DNA of 64,000 nucleotides from Candidatus Latescibacterota bacterium (GTDB lineage Bacteria; Latescibacterota; UBA2968; UBA8231): NCBI GenBank assembly GCA_965217585.1, contig OZ244561.1, positions 5,216,001 to 5,280,000 of the forward strand, read 5' to 3'. Shown piece by piece: positions 59,134 to 64,000 of this stretch (position 1 is its first letter; each line of letters starts with the position of its first letter). The notes under the pieces were generated by a model. It saw only the letters and a program-made list of their open reading frames with translations, ran no database searches and was not told where the DNA came from. The position numbers and the translations under genes were made by a program.

Positions 59134-61770
59134 GTGACGACCGCGCCCACCTGCCGCTTGGCCTTGGTGTTGTTGCTGGCTTGTTGTCTGGCGATTTCGG
59201 CCTGCGTCTATTTCAATACGTTTTACAACGCCAAGAAAATCTTCCGCGCGGCCGAAAAAGAGCGGCACAAGCACGAAGAGACCTACGCCGACTGGGCCTT
59301 TGACCGGGCCGGTCCCGAATTGCAGCAGCAGCGCTCGCCGCAGGCCGACCAACTCTACGACAAAGTGGTGCGCAAGGCGTCCAAGGTGCTCGATAAGTAC
59401 AAGGAGAGCGACTTGGTTGACGACGCCATGTTCCTGATCGGCCAGGCGTATTACTGGCGCGGCGAATACCTCAACGCCCAAGAGTCGTTCCGCGACTTGG
59501 AAACCTTTTTCCCGTCCAGTCCGTACTTCGACCAAGCCCGCTACTGGCGCGCCCGCTGCCTAGAGGAGCAGCGGGCTGACGACCAAGCGCAGTCGCTCTA
59601 CCGAGTGCTTTTTGACGAGGCCGAAGAAAAGATCGCCGTCCAAGCGGGCCTGCACTTAGCCGAGATGGCGCACGGTCGCGAGGACTACGTCGCGGCCATG
59701 CGGGAATATCGGGCGACGCTGGCGGCCTTTCCCAAGAGCGCGGTGCGCGCCCAGTTGTGGTTGCGCTTGGGCGAGGCGTTGATGGCCTTAGAGGATCCGG
59801 TCCGCTTAGACGAGGTCCTAGCGGCTTTTGACGAGGTATTGCAGGCCGATCCAAGCGCGGATCAAAAGTACCGCGCCCAGCTCAACAGCGGCCGCGCGCT
59901 CTACGCTATCGGTGCGGAGGAAGAGGCCCTAGCGGCGTACGTCAGCCTGCTCGACGAGGGGCGCTTTCGTCGCTTTGAAGGCCGCACCCGGCTCCTAATC
60001 GGCGAGTGGTACCAGGGCCGCCGCTTGCTCGACGAGGCACTGGCCGAGTACGAGCAGGTCCGCAACGACTTTCCCCAGACACCCTCTGCGGCCATGGCCT
60101 TGTATCGCATCGGCTTGCTGCGCCTACAGGAATACGGGGATACCGAACTGGGACGCGAGTACCTTGAGGAGAGCAGCCGCGAGAGCCCGGGAGCGCAGGG
60201 CGTGCTTTTGGCGCAGAAGATGCTGGGGCACATGCGCCGGTTGCAGCAGTTCCAGCGCCAGGTCCACCGCGCCGATTCGCTCTACGCCGACTCGCTGGGC
60301 GCGGTGCAGGGGCCGCTGTTGTGGCGGGCAGAGGAAGCCCCAGCCGATACGGTGGTGGTGGCGCGGAGTTTGGAGGTGCTGGACGACCTGTTCAGCGCAT
60401 GCGAGCTCTATCGCGACGACATCGGCCAAGCCGATTCGGCCCGCGCGTACTACGAGGAGGTAATCCGCCGCTTCCCAGACAGCGACCAATTGCCCCGCGC
60501 CGTGTACAGCCTCGCTTGGATCGAGCTGCAGTTGCGCGGCGACGAAGAGGGCGCTAGGCCCCATTTGCTGCGGCTGATCGAGGAGTTTCCCACCTCGGCT
60601 CACGCCAACGAGGCCCGACGTCTGCTGGGGCAAAAATCCGAGGCCACAGCCGAAGAGCTGGCGGCGCGCGAGTTTGCGCGGATCGAGACCTTGCGCCTAA
60701 CGCAGCCTGAAAACACCGAGGCGTACATCCCCCTGTTGGACAGTTTGAGCCATGCCTTCGTCGGTACGCAAACGGGGGGGCAAGCGGCGTTTTTGGCGGC
60801 CAATACCTACGAGAATGTAGTCGGAGATACGCTTTCGGCCGAGCAGCGCTATCAATTGTTGCGCGAAGAGTTCGCCGAGACGCGGTTTGGCAAGCTGGCC
60901 CAGCAGCGGTGGGAAATGCGCGAGGAAAGGCTCATCGACAAGCTGGAGCGCAGTCTGAAGGCAGTCGGCGGCCAGCTTGGCCCGGGGGAGCGAATCGAAC
61001 TGCTCGCCCTAGAGCCGGACACGCTCGACTCCGTGTCCTTGGCGCGCAAATACATCGGCTTTGCCGAGCGCGCGCAGCGGCGCGGGGACGTCGCGCTAGC
61101 CCGCGATTTTTACGAGCAGAGCATCGACCAGCAGGTCGCCAACCCGCGCGCCCTGTATCAACTCGGCAACATCAACTGGGAGGAGGGCTATTTCGACGAC
61201 GCCACCGAGTTCTACCGCCAATCCCTGTCCTTTGACAAGAGGAACCTCAACCTCTACTACCGGCTCTGGCGCGCCTTTACCGAGCAGGGCGTAGAGGACT
61301 CGGCCAACCACTACCTGCGAGAGGTCGCACGGCGCGATCGCAACAGCGCGCAAATCCGCTTCTTGCTGGAAAAGTACCCAGATTTTCAGGGGGGCCAGGA
61401 CCGAGAGGACTTGGACATAGCAGCGATGATCGAGCTCGACTTGTCGGTTCCCCCCGACGAGCTGGGGTGGAGGGAAGGCGACCTGTCGCTGAGCGATTGG
61501 CCGCTGGTCCGGCAGGTGGTGCGGCCAGTTTATCCGGCGGCTGCCGAGGATTCGGCCGAGGTATTGCTCGACGTGCTAATCGACCGCGAGGGGCGGCCCG
61601 AGCAAGTGGAGGTCTTTCGCGGAGAACCTCCTTTTGTCGAGAGCGCGGTGGCCGCAGCTTATGGCTATAGCTTCTATCCGGCAGTGCGCCGCAACGGCGA
61701 GGAGATCAAGTCTTGGATCGAGTTGGCCGTGCCGTTTGGCCTGCCGCAAGCAGAAGGGAAAGAGCCGTGA
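59134..61770 (+). CDS. TPR-repeat lipoprotein with C-terminal TonB_C-like domain
   Basis: Lipobox ISAC followed by VYFNTFYNAK; many TPR helices; PVYP...V.LDV.IDREG.P..V...F...AV.AA..Y.FYPA...G. Confidence 0.75.
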   Translation: MTTAPTCRLALVLLLACCLAISACVYFNTFYNAKKIFRAAEKERHKHEETYADWAFDRAGPELQQQRSPQADQLYDKVVRKASKVLDKYKESDLVDDAMFLIGQAYYWRGEYLNAQESFRDLETFFPSSPYFDQARYWRARCLEEQRADDQAQSLYRVLFDEAEEKIAVQAGLHLAEMAHGREDYVAAMREYRATLAAFPKSAVRAQLWLRLGEALMALEDPVRLDEVLAAFDEVLQADPSADQKYRAQLNSGRALYAIGAEEEALAAYVSLLDEGRFRRFEGRTRLLIGEWYQGRRLLDEALAEYEQVRNDFPQTPSAAMALYRIGLLRLQEYGDTELGREYLEESSRESPGAQGVLLAQKMLGHMRRLQQFQRQVHRADSLYADSLGAVQGPLLWRAEEAPADTVVVARSLEVLDDLFSACELYRDDIGQADSARAYYEEVIRRFPDSDQLPRAVYSLAWIELQLRGDEEGARPHLLRLIEEFPTSAHANEARRLLGQKSEATAEELAAREFARIETLRLTQPENTEAYIPLLDSLSHAFVGTQTGGQAAFLAANTYENVVGDTLSAEQRYQLLREEFAETRFGKLAQQRWEMREERLIDKLERSLKAVGGQLGPGERIELLALEPDTLDSVSLARKYIGFAERAQRRGDVALARDFYEQSIDQQVANPRALYQLGNINWEEGYFDDATEFYRQSLSFDKRNLNLYYRLWRAFTEQGVEDSANHYLREVARRDRNSAQIRFLLEKYPDFQGGQDREDLDIAAMIELDLSVPPDELGWREGDLSLSDWPLVRQVVRPVYPAAAEDSAEVLLDVLIDREGRPEQVEVFRGEPPFVESAVAAAYGYSFYPAVRRNGEEIKSWIELAVPFGLPQAEGKEP

Positions 61771-62579
61771 TTGACGAGCAAGCGCGCCTGTTGAGCAACC
61801 GCGAAGTCGCTGCGGACTTCTATTTGGCACGCCTTAACGCACCCTACATTGCAGCGCGGATCGAGCCAGGTCAGTTCGTCAACATCGAGGTCAGCGCGGG
61901 GATCGCTCCCTTGTTGCGCGTCCCGCTGAGCGTGAGCGGCGTCGATCGCGAGGCTGGTATTATCGAGGTATTGTACGAAGAGGTAGGGCCTAAAACCCGA
62001 GTGCTGAGCCAACTCGGGCCGGACGCAGCCCTGCCGACCCTCGGCCCGCTGGGCAAGGGGTTCGCGCCGCCACCCGAGGATACGCGCGTCGCATTGGTCG
62101 GGGGCGGCATCGGCGTGCCGCCGTTGCTCTACTGGGGATTGGAGCTGAGGCAGCGGGCGTATCAGACCACGCTGTTGGTCGGGGCGCGGACTGCGGACAA
62201 GCACCTGCCCAGTGAGTTGCTCGCGCCGGCGGCGGACCTAGTGCGCCTCGCCACCGACGACGGTAGCCTCGGGCACGCGGGCTTAGTCACCGATCTGTTG
62301 CGGCACGAGCTCGCTGAAAAAGGGCCGTGCGCGGTCTATTGCTGTGGCCCGCATGGGATGATGCAGGCCGTGGCCGCCATGTGCCTAGAGGCCCAAGTCC
62401 CGTGTCAGGTTTCCCTCGAAGAATACATGGCTTGCGGCATCGGCATCTGCGTGGGCTGCGCCGTCGAGCTGGAGACGGCAAAAGGCGACACGGACTACGG
62501 CCGCTACGCCCGCATCTGCGTGGATGGACCGGCGTTCGATGCGCGGCAGATAAAATGGAACAGCACATGGCCGACTTGA
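61767..62579 (+). CDS. pyrK: Dihydroorotate dehydrogenase electron-transfer subunit
   Basis: PGQFVN, GPLGKGF, VGGGIGVPP, TDDGS.G, CGP, SLEEYMACGIGICVGC, CVDGP.F. Confidence 0.93.
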   Translation: MIDEQARLLSNREVAADFYLARLNAPYIAARIEPGQFVNIEVSAGIAPLLRVPLSVSGVDREAGIIEVLYEEVGPKTRVLSQLGPDAALPTLGPLGKGFAPPPEDTRVALVGGGIGVPPLLYWGLELRQRAYQTTLLVGARTADKHLPSELLAPAADLVRLATDDGSLGHAGLVTDLLRHELAEKGPCAVYCCGPHGMMQAVAAMCLEAQVPCQVSLEEYMACGIGICVGCAVELETAKGDTDYGRYARICVDGPAFDARQIKWNSTWPT

Positions 62580-63478
62580 GCATAGACTTTGCCGGTGTGC
62601 GACTGCGCAACCCGGTGCTGCTGGCCTCGGGCACCTGCAACTACGGTCAGGAGCTTTTGCCGCTGACCGATTTTGCGCGCTTGGGAGGGCTAGTAACCAA
62701 AACCATTACCCCGCAGCCTCGCGGCGGCAATCCTCCCCAGCGCATCGTCGAGACGCCGGCCGGAATGCTCAATTCCATTGGCTTGCAAAACCCCGGGCTG
62801 GAGGCTTTTGTCCAGAAGCAATGGCCCTTGTTGGCCAGTTTGGACGCGCAGGTCGTGGTAAATATCGCCGGATTCGCGGTCGAGGAATTCGGGCAGATGG
62901 CGGCGAGCCTCGAAGCGTTGGAGGGCATTGCCGCGCTCGAAGTCAATATATCCTGTCCCAATGTCGAGGCTGGGGGCGACAATTTCGCCACCCGGCCCCA
63001 GACCGCGGCCGCAGCCATTGCCGCAGTCCGCATCCGCACCCAGCGGCCAGTCATTGCCAAGCTGACGCCCAATGTCACAGATATTGCCGAAATTGCCCGC
63101 GCCGTAGTGGATGCGGGTGCGGATGCGGTCTCGCTGATCAATACGCTCGTTGGCATGGCCATTGACGTAGAGCGGCGGCGTCCCGTCTTGGGCGGTATTA
63201 CCGGCGGCTTGTCCGGCCCGGCGATCAAGCCCGTGGCCCTCGCCATGGTGTGGAAGGTAGCCCAAGCCGTCGCCGTGCCCGTCATGGGCATCGGCGGCAT
63301 CACTACCGCTAGCGACGCCCTAGAGTTCATGGTCGCCGGTGCCTCTGCCGTTCAAGTCGGCACGGCCAATTTTGCGAACCCCAACGCCGGCGTCGAAATC
63401 GTCGAGGATCTCCACGCCTATTGCGACGAGCGCGGCATGGACCGCCTCGCCTCGCTGGTGGGCAGCTTGCGTTGTTAG
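62567..63478 (+). CDS. pyrD: Dihydroorotate dehydrogenase (class 1B) catalytic subunit
   Basis: NPVLLASGT, GNPPQRI.ET..GMLNSIGLQNPG, NISCPN, KLTPNVTDI, GGLSGPAIKP. Confidence 0.96.
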   Translation: MADLSIDFAGVRLRNPVLLASGTCNYGQELLPLTDFARLGGLVTKTITPQPRGGNPPQRIVETPAGMLNSIGLQNPGLEAFVQKQWPLLASLDAQVVVNIAGFAVEEFGQMAASLEALEGIAALEVNISCPNVEAGGDNFATRPQTAAAAIAAVRIRTQRPVIAKLTPNVTDIAEIARAVVDAGADAVSLINTLVGMAIDVERRRPVLGGITGGLSGPAIKPVALAMVWKVAQAVAVPVMGIGGITTASDALEFMVAGASAVQVGTANFANPNAGVEIVEDLHAYCDERGMDRLASLVGSLRC

Positions 63479-63547
63479 TTGACCCATACTACGTAGTAAA
63501 CGCGCCGACTCTGCGCTACATCCCTTTCGCTGCTCGTTTCTCACTTC

Positions 63548-64000
63548 TCACTGCATCGGCACAAAGCGCACGGGTAGGAGTTTGCGCTGGCTGAGGCCGG
63601 TCGCGCTGTGCTCTACCAAGACCAAGTGCTGGCGTTGGGTGCCTAGTGGGAGAATGAAGCGGCCGTTAGGCGCTAGTTGTGCGGTTAGAGCGGGCGGGAT
63701 GGTAGCGGGTGCGGCCGAGCATACGATGGCGTCAAAAGGGGCGGCCTCGGGCCAACCCATGCGGCCGTCGCCGACGCGGAGAGCGACATGGCCATAACCT
63801 GTGTCGGCGAGCACGCGACTGGCTTGTGCGGCGAGGCCGGAGAAGAATTCAATGCTATAGACTTGGCCGGCCAGTTCGGCGAGCAGGGCGGTCTGGTATC
63901 CAGAACCGGTGCCAATCTCCAAGACTCGTTCCTCGCCCTGCAATCCGAGCACCGAGAGCATGTAGGCCACTACGTACGGCTGAGAGATGGTCTGGTCCGC
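63548..64000 (-). CDS. pcm: Protein-L-isoaspartate O-methyltransferase (5' end outside window)
   Basis: QTISQPYVVA, VLEIGTGSGYQTA, GDG..GWPEAAPFD, VRFVPM. Confidence 0.95.
   Translation of the reverse strand, partial: ADQTISQPYVVAYMLSVLGLQGEERVLEIGTGSGYQTALLAELAGQVYSIEFFSGLAAQASRVLADTGYGHVALRVGDGRMGWPEAAPFDAIVCSAAPATIPPALTAQLAPNGRFILPLGTQRQHLVLVEHSATGLSQRKLLPVRFVPMQ

Noticed and set aside
57942-59150. 402-aa minus-strand ORF and other long ORFs antisense to carB, E1 alpha, uvrB and the reductase
   Set aside because: Shadow frames of GC-rich genes with no motifs or SD.

Overview
64 kb of a GC-rich Gram-negative bacterial chromosome. Gene content suggests a Latescibacterota/FCB-related lineage, possibly a marine-sponge symbiont (inference from FlgD/T9SS-like C-terminal domains, an 'AVEASTWGQIK' tail, SusC/SusD, internalin-like LRR proteins and a PhyH-HEAT fusion). 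The housekeeping backbone is dnaK, uvrB, E1 alpha/beta, ferredoxin plus nitrite/sulfite reductase, a GalU-like enzyme, nnr, carB, pyrK, pyrD and pcm. Three accessory blocks interrupt it. (1) An island between dnaK and uvrB (~6030-13350) carries a circularly permuted GIY-YIG-like microprotein, an unannotated 54-aa acidic ORF, a tightly coupled four-gene operon (TM+2xS1+wHTH protein, two coiled-coil proteins, membrane-anchored Upf1-like SF1 helicase), a MITE-like element and a HicAB-like pair. (2) A six-gene surface-protein cluster (34384-46583) has three paralogues ending in a PNGDG/FlgD sorting domain, a probable outer-membrane protein, a DOMON/CBM9-like protein and a PPIase. (3) An AT-rich four-gene islet (53120-55856) encodes a membrane-anchored Ras-like GTPase, a TM protein, a beta-hairpin-rich possible pore former and a standalone caspase/CHAT-like protease. 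Blocks 1 and 3 are the best candidates for undescribed defence systems. No rRNA, tRNA, CRISPR array or integrase was seen. All family assignments come from motif recognition by eye; no searches were run.
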